Assembly: GCA_964519835.1 (NCBI GenBank)
Contig: CAZFLD010000008.1
Location: 27,039-91,038 of the forward strand
From: an uncultured Spirochaetales bacterium
GTDB lineage: Bacteria > Spirochaetota > Spirochaetia > DSM-27196 > CAZFLD01
Reading direction: 5' to 3'
Length of the DNA stretch: 64,000 bases
A model generated the notes under the pieces. The model was not told where the DNA came from and ran no database searches. It worked only from the letters and a program-made list of their open reading frames with translations. The position numbers and the translations under genes are program-made. Of this stretch, positions 56,637-64,000 are shown one piece after another (position 1 is the first letter of the stretch; each line of letters starts with the position of its first letter).

Positions 56637-57632
56637 ATGAGTACACAAGGGGCGGGAGCCTTCGGCGACGGTATTGTCCGTTTTACGGAAGGATTTCTGA
56701 CCTGGCGCAAACGCCGTCGTTTTCGCAAGAAGCAAAAACAAAAAAAGAAAAACGTCGTGGTCGATTGGGTCGAGGCCTTTTTATGGGCCGCGGTTGTTGT
56801 GCTTCTCGTCAATCAGTATCTTTTCCAGGCATACCAGATTCCGTCCGGCTCTATGAGAGAGACGCTCCTCGAAGAAGACCGGATCTTTGTAAACAAGATC
56901 GTCTATGGTCCCGAGCTCGCGCCGGGAGTAATCAAGCTACCCGGTTTCGCGGACCCCAAGCGGGGCGAGGTAATCATCTTTGAGAACCCCGACTATATTG
57001 GCCGCGGTCCGGTTTTCGACATCGTGCAGCGCGTCCTGTATATGCTGACCCTCTCGTTGGTTGATATCGACCGCGACCAGCAGGGCAATCCGCGGCCTCA
57101 TTTTTTGATTAAGCGAGCGGTTGGAATGGAGGGAGATAGGCTTAGAAGCGAGGACGGATACCTGTTTGTGCAACCGAGCGGGACCGGGCGCTGGTACTCC
57201 GAGGACGAGTTTCAGCGGTTTGTAGGTCTCGACTATGCAGTCACCCGTATTCTGGAGCCACAGGATTACCGCCTGATGGAGGCCTATCGGACGGCACTGG
57301 TGCGACAGGACACGGGCTTGGAGTTAAGCGAAGCGGACCAGAACGCGCTTCGTACCGGTCGTCGTACCGTCGGCATGGACGAACCGGCCGAAGACCGCGC
57401 AGCCTATCGTGAAGAGTTCCGCATCAACCCGTCCGCGATCAGCACGGCGGGCCGCAGATATCAGCACCTCGAGGTCGGCTGGTATGTGCCGATGTCACGC
57501 GTTATGCCCCTTGGCGACAACCGGGACAACTCACGGGACGGACGCTATTTCGGCCCCGTCCGAGAACGTTTTGTATTGGGAAGAGCGATGTTCAAATACT
57601 GGCCCGTCGGCCGTATCGGCGCCGTCCGATAG
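56637..57632 (+). CDS. lepB: Signal peptidase I
   Basis: Catalytic Ser context IPSGSMRETL, Lys context FLIKRAVGMEGD, and C-terminal GDNRDNSRDGRYFGPV. ATG 56637; an in-frame GTG at 56619 is the alternative start. Confidence 0.92.
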   Translation: MSTQGAGAFGDGIVRFTEGFLTWRKRRRFRKKQKQKKKNVVVDWVEAFLWAAVVVLLVNQYLFQAYQIPSGSMRETLLEEDRIFVNKIVYGPELAPGVIKLPGFADPKRGEVIIFENPDYIGRGPVFDIVQRVLYMLTLSLVDIDRDQQGNPRPHFLIKRAVGMEGDRLRSEDGYLFVQPSGTGRWYSEDEFQRFVGLDYAVTRILEPQDYRLMEAYRTALVRQDTGLELSEADQNALRTGRRTVGMDEPAEDRAAYREEFRINPSAISTAGRRYQHLEVGWYVPMSRVMPLGDNRDNSRDGRYFGPVRERFVLGRAMFKYWPVGRIGAVR

Positions 57633-57637
57633 GCCCC

Positions 57638-58462
57638 GTGGCCCGCAAACAGTATTCGCCCCTGGGCCGGCCGCGGCCTGCAAGGCGGGTCGTTCGCTCT
57701 CTAATGCGGTTTGCTCTTGTTTTTGCCCTTGTCGTCCTTGTCCTAAACACGTTTGTAGTCCGATCGTATGAGGTGCGTTCTGATTCGATGTCTCCGACGG
57801 TTGAAGCCGGGGACAGACTGATCTCCATGCCGCTTCTGTACGGCGCACGCGTTCCTCTCTTACCCGTACGGACGCCGGCCGCCGCGGCACCGGCCCGCGG
57901 CGACATTGTTCTGGTCAGACCACCATACGGCTCGGATCGGTCGCTTGGGACAGGTATCCTGCAGCCGATCATAGATCTTTTTACCGGCCGTAGTGTCCGC
58001 CTTTTGGGCTCACACGCGGCGCCGTTCGAGGAGGCAGCCGTGGTAAAGAGGATCATTGGCGTGCCCGGTGACGTGATTCGGATCTCCGGCGACAGAATCG
58101 ACGTCAACATTGGCGACGGATCCGGATTTGTGACCGAGTTTGAGGCCGCAGGCTTACTGTATGGCCTGTACGGCGCCGTTCCCTCGGCCAACGACGCCGA
58201 AAACGCTCGTAGCGATCACGGCGGGCAACCCGGCCGGCGGCCGTCAGATTGGCCATCAGATTGGCCGGCCGGTGCCGGCGCACTCCAGCCTTTTGCAGCG
58301 CCGCCACGTGAGGTCACTTTGGGAGAGGACCAGTATTTTGTTGCCGGTGATAGGCGAAGCTCCTCCTTGGACTCGCGAGATTTTGGACCGGTTGGCCGCG
58401 AAGACTTGCTCGAGAAGCTTATCCTCCGGTACTTCCCCTTCGATCGCTTCGGCGCACCGTGA
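57638..58462 (+). CDS. lepB: Signal peptidase I, second paralogue
   Basis: VRSDSMSPTV, VVKRIIGVPGD and GDRRSSSLDSRDFGPV. It contains a PSDWPSDWP insertion. Confidence 0.9.
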   Translation: MARKQYSPLGRPRPARRVVRSLMRFALVFALVVLVLNTFVVRSYEVRSDSMSPTVEAGDRLISMPLLYGARVPLLPVRTPAAAAPARGDIVLVRPPYGSDRSLGTGILQPIIDLFTGRSVRLLGSHAAPFEEAAVVKRIIGVPGDVIRISGDRIDVNIGDGSGFVTEFEAAGLLYGLYGAVPSANDAENARSDHGGQPGRRPSDWPSDWPAGAGALQPFAAPPREVTLGEDQYFVAGDRRSSSLDSRDFGPVGREDLLEKLILRYFPFDRFGAP

Positions 58463-59784
58463 GTCGTTCCGAAGAGCTCGACGAGCTCGCGGTCTATGTA
58501 CACGTGCCGTTTTGCCGCGAACGGTGTGACTACTGTGACTTTTTTAGTGTGGCCGGGGCCGGGCAAGCGATGATGGCACGGACCGTGGCCGTCACGCTCG
58601 AGGAACTTGTCGTCGAGCTGAATCGAATACAACCCGGGAGAGTGACAAGCTTGTACTTCGGAGGGGGCACGCCGTCTCACTTGGGCCACAAGCTTTTATC
58701 ACAACTGTTGCAGGGCGTTGTCGTGGCCGCGGGGGCGGACCGGAGGGAGCCGGGCTCTGTTTCGGGCCCAACGGAGGGCGGAATCGACCCGGCGGACCGC
58801 CACGCCCGCGAGGACGAGGGCGCGACCGCCGGGCCCGAGGTTACCGTAGAGCTCAATCCGGAGGACGTCGACGAGGAGTTGTTGGCGGTCCTCGCGGACG
58901 CGGCGGTAACACGTGTGAGCGTCGGGGTTCAGTCCTTTGATGCGCGCCGTCGCCGTTCCATCGGCCGGGCCTCATGGGAGTATCCCGCAGAACGAGCCCT
59001 CGAGCTTCTGGACGGCCGATTCGCGATCAACGTCGATGTAATTTCCTCGCTGCCCAAGCACGGCCCCGCGCGGAGTGCCCTCGGTAGGGAAATAGGGGCC
59101 GTAACCGCGGACATAGAACGGGCGCTCGCGTTTGGCGTCGAACATCTGTCCGTCTACAGCCTGACTTTGGACTCGGATCGCCGGGGTCTCCTTGCGTCCC
59201 TGGCGGAAGAGGACCTGTTCGACGCCGATGACGAGGCCGAGATAGACGAGGCGGTCATGGCGGCAGTTCAGGACCGTGGCCTCGGGCGTTACGAAATCTC
59301 CGCCTACGCGCAAACGGGCGCCGAGTGCCGACACAACTTAGCCTACTGGCACCTAAAACCGTACCTCGGCGTTGGTCCCGGGGCGGTCTCGACGTTGCCC
59401 GGGGGGCCAACCGGTGTACAGAGGATCACACGGCAGGAGCAACTCCCATCAGCTGTGAACCGCCCTATCGAGAAAGAGGTAGAAAACATCGGACCGCGAC
59501 AATTTCTCGAAGACTATCTGCTGATGGGTCTTCGCTTGACCCGCGGCCTCGACCGGGCACGGTTTCGCCGGCTCTTTGGCGGCGAACTCTGGGAGTTTGC
59601 ACCCCGCACCTACGACAGATGGCAGGAAAAAGGGCTGATGCGGACCACCACCACGCACTATCGCCCGACAAACGGATTCCATGCCTTGCTCAACGCCAGG
59701 CTAAGAGAGATATTCGCGGAAATCGGCGAGCCTTCGAAGGGCGTTGATGCCGGACGCCGTCCGCCCAGCCGGCCGAGTTATTGA
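58459..59784 (+). CDS. hemW: Radical-SAM HemW/HemN-like protein (oxygen-independent coproporphyrinogen oxidase family)
   Basis: YVHVPFCRERCDYCDF (CxxxCxxC motif). GTGA overlap with lepB. A ~40-aa Gly/Asp-rich insertion follows the first barrel strands. Confidence 0.85.
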   Translation: MSRSEELDELAVYVHVPFCRERCDYCDFFSVAGAGQAMMARTVAVTLEELVVELNRIQPGRVTSLYFGGGTPSHLGHKLLSQLLQGVVVAAGADRREPGSVSGPTEGGIDPADRHAREDEGATAGPEVTVELNPEDVDEELLAVLADAAVTRVSVGVQSFDARRRRSIGRASWEYPAERALELLDGRFAINVDVISSLPKHGPARSALGREIGAVTADIERALAFGVEHLSVYSLTLDSDRRGLLASLAEEDLFDADDEAEIDEAVMAAVQDRGLGRYEISAYAQTGAECRHNLAYWHLKPYLGVGPGAVSTLPGGPTGVQRITRQEQLPSAVNRPIEKEVENIGPRQFLEDYLLMGLRLTRGLDRARFRRLFGGELWEFAPRTYDRWQEKGLMRTTTTHYRPTNGFHALLNARLREIFAEIGEPSKGVDAGRRPPSRPSY

Positions 59785-59809
59785 CAGCGACACCCCCTCA
59801 TGGTAGTTT
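59781..59809 (+). promoter_or_regulatory. Candidate sigma70 promoter of yebC-ruvCAB-queA
   Basis: TTGACA (59781-59786, overlapping the hemW stop), a 17-nt spacer, then TAGTTT (59804-59809). This gives a ~140-nt leader. Confidence 0.45.
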
Positions 59810-59908
59810 TTTCTGCCTATACGCAACCGTCTTTCCGGCGATACGCTGTCCCGTTCAGGCCGACGACGGACTCGAAGCATACCGACGGAGCCCAACTACG
59901 GTCCCGGG

Positions 59909-59926
59909 GACGCAGACGCAGACGCA
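59909..59926. repeat. (GACGCA)x3 microsatellite in the yebC leader
   Basis: gacgcagacgcagacgca, read directly. Confidence 0.9.
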
Positions 59927-59956
59927 GGTGATAGGGAAGCTCAAGAAGGAGAACGT

Positions 59957-60703
59957 ATGTCTGGTCACAGCAAATGGGCGACCATTAAGCACAAAAAAGG
60001 CGCCGCAGATGCCAAACGTGGCAAACTCTTTACCAAACTCATCAAAGAAATCACCGTTGCCGCCCGAATCGGCGGAGGCGACATAGAGGCAAATCCCCGG
60101 CTTCGCACCGCGGTGCTCAAGGCGAAAACCGCGAATATGCCAAAGGACAACATTGATCGCGCAATCAAAAAAGGCACCGGTGACCTCGACGGCGTCGACT
60201 ACGTCGAGATCGTGTACGAGGGCTACGGTCCGGGCGGTGTTGCCCTGATGATCGACTGCCTTACGGATAACAAAAACCGGACCGCTGCCGATGTGCGTAG
60301 CATCCTCTCCAAGGGAGGCGGCAACCTTGGTGAGACCGGCTGCGTGTCCTACCTCTTTTCGCGAAAGGGCGTTATCAGCTATCCGTCGGAAACTTACGAA
60401 GAAGAGAAGGTGCTCGAACAGGCCATTGAGGCCGGCGCCGAGGACGTTCAAGCCCAGGGCGACTCGGTTGTCGTGAGTACGGCGCCCGAGGACTTCGACG
60501 ATGTACTGTCCGCGTTGCAGGGAGCGGGTTTTGAAGAGAGTTTCGCGGAAGTGGGTATGGTTCCGGAGGCCACGGTTTCCTTGGACGCGGACGGCACCCG
60601 AAAGGCCCTACGCCTTATTGAGAATCTCGACGACCATGACGACATACAGTCGGTGTCCACCAACTTAGATATTCCGGACGACTTCGACTTCGACGAGGAA
60701 TAG
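59957..60703 (+). CDS. yebC: YebC/PmpR-family transcriptional regulator
   Basis: [28 protein letters not shown] is the family signature N-terminus. AAGGAG lies 6 nt upstream. Confidence 0.95.
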   Translation: MSGHSKWATIKHKKGAADAKRGKLFTKLIKEITVAARIGGGDIEANPRLRTAVLKAKTANMPKDNIDRAIKKGTGDLDGVDYVEIVYEGYGPGGVALMIDCLTDNKNRTAADVRSILSKGGGNLGETGCVSYLFSRKGVISYPSETYEEEKVLEQAIEAGAEDVQAQGDSVVVSTAPEDFDDVLSALQGAGFEESFAEVGMVPEATVSLDADGTRKALRLIENLDDHDDIQSVSTNLDIPDDFDFDEE

Positions 60704-60706
60704 CGT

Positions 60707-61228
60707 ATTTCGCTTCTGCGGATCCTCGGCGTTGATCCGGGTCTCGCAGCAACCGGCCTCGCCGTGATCGATGCCGATGGGAACTCCGTTCGCGAGCGCT
60801 ATGCCGGCGTAGTGACCACTTCACCAGACGAAACGCCGGGGGCTCGGCTCGCCCGCATTTACAAGTCCGTTGCCGACCTCGTGGCTGAGTGGCGGCCTAC
60901 GGAGGCCGGGGTGGAGTCCCTCTACTTTGCCAGAAACGCCTCGAGCGCTATGCCGGTGGCCCAGGCCCGGGGCGTTGTGCTTTTGGCGTTGGAACACCAC
61001 GGCATCCCTGCGGCAGAGTACCCGCCGCAGGCCATAAAACAGGCGATCGTCGGTACGGGCCGCGCCGACAAGGCGCAGGTGCAGGAGCTTGTTCGTGTTA
61101 TCCTCGGCCTGACCGAGATCCCAAAGCCGGATCATGCCGCGGATGCGTTGGCCGCCGCACTGTGCCACTTTCATAGCTCGGCGCAACAGCGTATCCTCAA
61201 CCGGGAGAAGGGGCGGACCCAGGGATGA
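60707..61228 (+). CDS. ruvC: Holliday junction resolvase RuvC (start apparently non-canonical: ATT 60707, CTG 60716 or ATC 60722)
   Basis: RILGVDPGLAATGLAVID ... ESLYFARNASSAMPVAQARGVVLLA ... KPDHAADALAAALCH shows full-length RuvC homology. The first canonical start (GTG 60764) lies downstream of the conserved GVDPG Asp. Confidence 0.88.
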   Translation: MSLLRILGVDPGLAATGLAVIDADGNSVRERYAGVVTTSPDETPGARLARIYKSVADLVAEWRPTEAGVESLYFARNASSAMPVAQARGVVLLALEHHGIPAAEYPPQAIKQAIVGTGRADKAQVQELVRVILGLTEIPKPDHAADALAAALCHFHSSAQQRILNREKGRTQG

Positions 61229-61833
61229 TAAACAGCGTCACCGGCACAATCACACGCCGCTCACCGGGCGGCTTTTGTATTCAAACCGGTGGAATCGAAT
61301 TTGAAGTCGAGGCGTCCCAAACGACGATCCGCAGCCTGCCGCCGATAGGGGCCCAGACACGTGTCCTCATCTTCCTGCTCCACCGCGAAGACGCAATGCG
61401 GCTCTACGGGTTCTCGGATGAGGAGGAGCGCTATCTCTTCCACCAGCTTATGCGCGTAAGCGGAATCGGAGCCAAACAGGCACTTCGCATCCTCTCAGGA
61501 TCAACCCCGACTCAGCTCCGGCTTATCCTCGAAAGTGAGGATGTGCCGTCTCTGACGCGAATCCCTGGGCTGGGTACCAAAACAGCCCAAAAAATCATCC
61601 TCACCTTACGGGGAAGCCTTGTTCCCGCCGAGACCAAAGGCGATGAGTCCGTCGAGGACGAGATTGTCGAAGGGCTTGTGGCAATGGGGTTTGATCGGGG
61701 CAAAGCAAAGGAGGCCGTCCGAAGGATTACGGACGAGCTTGTCGCCGAGGGCGTCCCCGCGACCGACCGAGAGGGCGAGGTCTTTCGACGATCGATTGTG
61801 GCACTCAGCGGTCCGACCGCCGGAAGGGAGTAG
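61225..61833 (+). CDS. ruvA: Holliday junction helicase subunit RuvA
   Basis: ATGA overlap with ruvC. It has an OB-fold N-terminus, HhH motifs (LMRVSGIGAKQAL, LTRIPGLGTKTAQKI) and C-terminal domain III. Confidence 0.93.
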   Translation: MINSVTGTITRRSPGGFCIQTGGIEFEVEASQTTIRSLPPIGAQTRVLIFLLHREDAMRLYGFSDEEERYLFHQLMRVSGIGAKQALRILSGSTPTQLRLILESEDVPSLTRIPGLGTKTAQKIILTLRGSLVPAETKGDESVEDEIVEGLVAMGFDRGKAKEAVRRITDELVAEGVPATDREGEVFRRSIVALSGPTAGRE

Positions 61834-61836
61834 GCG

Positions 61837-62880
61837 ATGGACGGTGCGCACGAAGCCGGCTTTCTCCATAGCGAAGACCAAGAAACCGACGCCGGCGATC
61901 AGTCGTTACGCCCGTCACGATTAGACGAGTTTCAGGGCCAGGCGGCAATCAAGGCCAATCTCAAGGTATTTATCGATGCCGCCAAGGCCAGGGAAGACGC
62001 TCTAGACCACGTCTTTATTAGCGGCCCGCCCGGGCTCGGGAAAACAACACTCGCCTCGATCATGGCTCACGAGCTTGGCGTCGAATTTCGTGTGACAAGC
62101 GCCCCGGCGGTGGAAAAACCAAAGGACGTAGCGGGCATTCTCACCGCAATCTCCCCCAAGACCGTGTTTTTTATCGACGAGATTCACCGCCTGAAGCCCG
62201 CCATCGAGGAGATGCTCTACATAGCGATGGAGGACTATGAGCTCGACTGGGTGATTGGCCAAGGGCCCGCAGCCCGCACGATTCGTATCCCTGTCCCGCC
62301 TTTTACGCTTGTCGGCGCCACCACAAAGGCGGGTCTTGTTTCGGGTCCGCTTTTTAGCCGGTTCGGCATCAACGTACGGATCGATCTCTACGGCGAGGAA
62401 GAGATTGCAAACGTCATTCGCCGCAGCGCCACGATTCTCGGAGTCGAGATCGAGGAAGACGCAGTTGCTCTCACGGCCGCGTGTTCTCGCGGAACGCCCC
62501 GCGTCGCCAACCGGCTGCTCCGCCGCCTTAGGGATTTCGCGCAGGTCTTAGGGGACGGCAGGATCGACAAGAAGATCGTGGATACGGCCTTCTCGCGTCT
62601 CGAGATCGATGCCGCGGGGCTCGAAGCCCACGACAGGGAGATTCTCCGGACCATCATTCAGATCTATCAGGGCGGCCCCGTTGGCGCCGAGACGCTCGCC
62701 GTCTCCGTCGGCGAGGCCATCGATACGCTCGAGGACTTTTACGAGCCGTATTTGATCCGCCGTGGACTGCTAAAGCGGACGCCCCGAGGGCGTGTTGTTA
62801 CCGGTCTTGCCTACAGGCATCTCGGGCTTCCCGAACCGCAGAATCCAAACGCACATGAAGACCAAAGCCTTCTCTTTTGA
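61837..62880 (+). CDS. ruvB: Holliday junction helicase subunit RuvB
   Basis: [12 protein letters not shown], Walker [10 protein letters not shown], Walker B FIDEIHRL, and [14 protein letters not shown]. Confidence 0.96.
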   Translation: MDGAHEAGFLHSEDQETDAGDQSLRPSRLDEFQGQAAIKANLKVFIDAAKAREDALDHVFISGPPGLGKTTLASIMAHELGVEFRVTSAPAVEKPKDVAGILTAISPKTVFFIDEIHRLKPAIEEMLYIAMEDYELDWVIGQGPAARTIRIPVPPFTLVGATTKAGLVSGPLFSRFGINVRIDLYGEEEIANVIRRSATILGVEIEEDAVALTAACSRGTPRVANRLLRRLRDFAQVLGDGRIDKKIVDTAFSRLEIDAAGLEAHDREILRTIIQIYQGGPVGAETLAVSVGEAIDTLEDFYEPYLIRRGLLKRTPRGRVVTGLAYRHLGLPEPQNPNAHEDQSLLF

Positions 62881-64000
62881 GCTCCCACCGGAGCTGATCG
62901 CCCAGCACCCGAGCCAAAAACGGGACGATGCCCGCCTCCTTGTCGTGCGTGGAGAGACGCCGGCCGACTACGATGCTGCACAAAAGGACACAACCGCTAC
63001 GCGTGCAAACACAAGCCGTCACCTCGAGCACGTTCGTGTCTCCGACTTACCCCGAGTCCTTCCGAAACAATCGCTTCTCGTCCTGAACGACACCCGTGTC
63101 AGAAAAGCCCGGTTGTACGCTTCCGTCGACGGTCTATCCCAGAAGGCGGAGATCCTCTTTGTCCGGCCTCTCAGTGAGGCTCGATGGGAGGCCTTTGCCA
63201 AGCCGTTGCGACGCTTAAAACCGGGGCGATCACTGGAACTGCCGGGCGGTCTCGCTGCAACTGTTGCTGAGCGATTGTCGGACACGATTATCGTGGAGAC
63301 GGACACCCCCCTGAGAGAGGAGTTTTTCGAGGCCCATGGACACGTCCCGCTACCGCCGTACATCAAGCGGGAGGATGAGGAGTCCGACCGCGACCGGTAT
63401 CAGACCGTATATGCCCGTCATCTCGGCTCGGCGGCCGCACCAACGGCGGGCCTCCACTTTACGGATCAACTCCTCGCCTCAATTGAGGCTGCCGGCCATC
63501 AAACGGTTTTTGTGACGCTCCACGTCGGGCTCGGCACCTTTTCGCCTGTGCGGGCGGAGAACATAGAGGATCACAAGATGCATCTTGAACGCTACAGCAT
63601 CTCTGCGGAGGCCGCCGCGGCAATCAACCACGCAAAGGAGTCGGGCCGCCCGGTAGTGGCGGTGGGAACGACCGTAGTGCGAGCTCTCGAAGCCGCCGCC
63701 CGCTCGACCGACGCCCAGGTCTCCACCGGCGAGAATGAGACCGACATCTTTATCACTCCGGGCTTCGACTTCAGAATCATTGATGCATTGTTCACAAACT
63801 TTCACATCCCGGAGTCCACACTCCTGATGCTGGTCTCCGCCTTTGCGGGCAAGGACACCGTCGACCGCGCCTACACCAACGCCATCCACCACCACTACCG
63901 CTTCTTTTCTTACGGCGACGCTACTCTTTTGCGCGAGGGCCACATCACCGCGCCGCCGCGCCTCGGCCTGGCGCTCGGCGAGCGAGGCTTCGTACTCGGC
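62855..64000 (+). CDS. queA: S-adenosylmethionine:tRNA ribosyltransferase-isomerase (3' end not reached in the window)
   Basis: It is absent from the ORF track because no stop occurs before the window end. My own translation from ATG 62855 gives [31 protein letters not shown] ... [17 protein letters not shown] ... [12 protein letters not shown]. It overlaps ruvB by 26 nt. Confidence 0.9.
   Translation, partial: MKTKAFSFELPPELIAQHPSQKRDDARLLVVRGETPADYDAAQKDTTATRANTSRHLEHVRVSDLPRVLPKQSLLVLNDTRVRKARLYASVDGLSQKAEILFVRPLSEARWEAFAKPLRRLKPGRSLELPGGLAATVAERLSDTIIVETDTPLREEFFEAHGHVPLPPYIKREDEESDRDRYQTVYARHLGSAAAPTAGLHFTDQLLASIEAAGHQTVFVTLHVGLGTFSPVRAENIEDHKMHLERYSISAEAAAAINHAKESGRPVVAVGTTVVRALEAAARSTDAQVSTGENETDIFITPGFDFRIIDALFTNFHIPESTLLMLVSAFAGKDTVDRAYTNAIHHHYRFFSYGDATLLREGHITAPPRLGLALGERGFVLG

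Noticed and set aside
59781-60086. A 101-aa plus-strand ORF covering the yebC leader and encoding TQTQTQ.
   Set aside because: It runs out of frame into yebC and has no Shine-Dalgarno or protein-like features. The TQTQTQ is just the (GACGCA)x3 repeat.

Overview
This 64-kb window is GC-rich (roughly 60% by eye) and almost entirely coding. I count about 55 protein genes and one tmRNA. It looks like core chromosome of a high-GC, spirochaete-like diderm. That lineage call is inference from three things: the V-type ATPase gene order E-orf-A-B-D-I-K known from Borrelia and Treponema, many TPR proteins, and many lipobox lipoproteins.

Gene content, left to right:
- mutS2 3' end, two lipoprotein genes and a hypothetical gene
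- V-ATPase operon, followed by a TPR protein
- uvrA and an LptD-like outer-membrane protein
- phoH-ybeY-corC, then a TPR protein
- gap-pgk-tpiA-secG
- a small hypothetical protein, a J-domain protein, a SurA-like PPIase, nusB and a TPR protein
- map, htrA and a phosphoribosyltransferase
- a 1,692-aa secreted repeat/beta-helix protein
- a convergent outer-membrane barrel plus lipoprotein pair (minus strand)
- folD and a split purH
- an envelope cluster: LCP, a small membrane protein, a LapA-like protein and a SPOR protein
- a lipoprotein gene (minus strand)
- purB-guaB-guaA
- ssrA (tmRNA), an IMPase-family gene, smpB and a PEGA/FGE-sulfatase protein (all minus strand)
- two lepB paralogues and hemW
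- yebC-ruvC-ruvA-ruvB-queA

Many gene junctions overlap by 4 nt (ATGA or GTGA), which suggests translational coupling. I found no CRISPR array, transposase, integrase, prophage, tRNA or rRNA. I also see no convincing defence island or new multi-gene system.

The most unusual signals are these:
1. Three conserved genes (ruvC, phoH and the lptD-like gene) encode their conserved N-termini upstream of any ATG, GTG or TTG. This implies non-canonical initiation, recoding or indels.
2. Several sigma70-like promoters sit only 5-11 nt from start codons that lack a Shine-Dalgarno, suggesting leaderless mRNAs.
3. A giant modular surface protein lies next to a small barrel/lipoprotein operon.
4. purH is split at its domain boundary.
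5. The LptD-like protein carries an SAP-like motif.
6. An LCP-LapA-SPOR envelope cluster is present.

All functional calls come from reading the translated motifs by eye. No database search was run.
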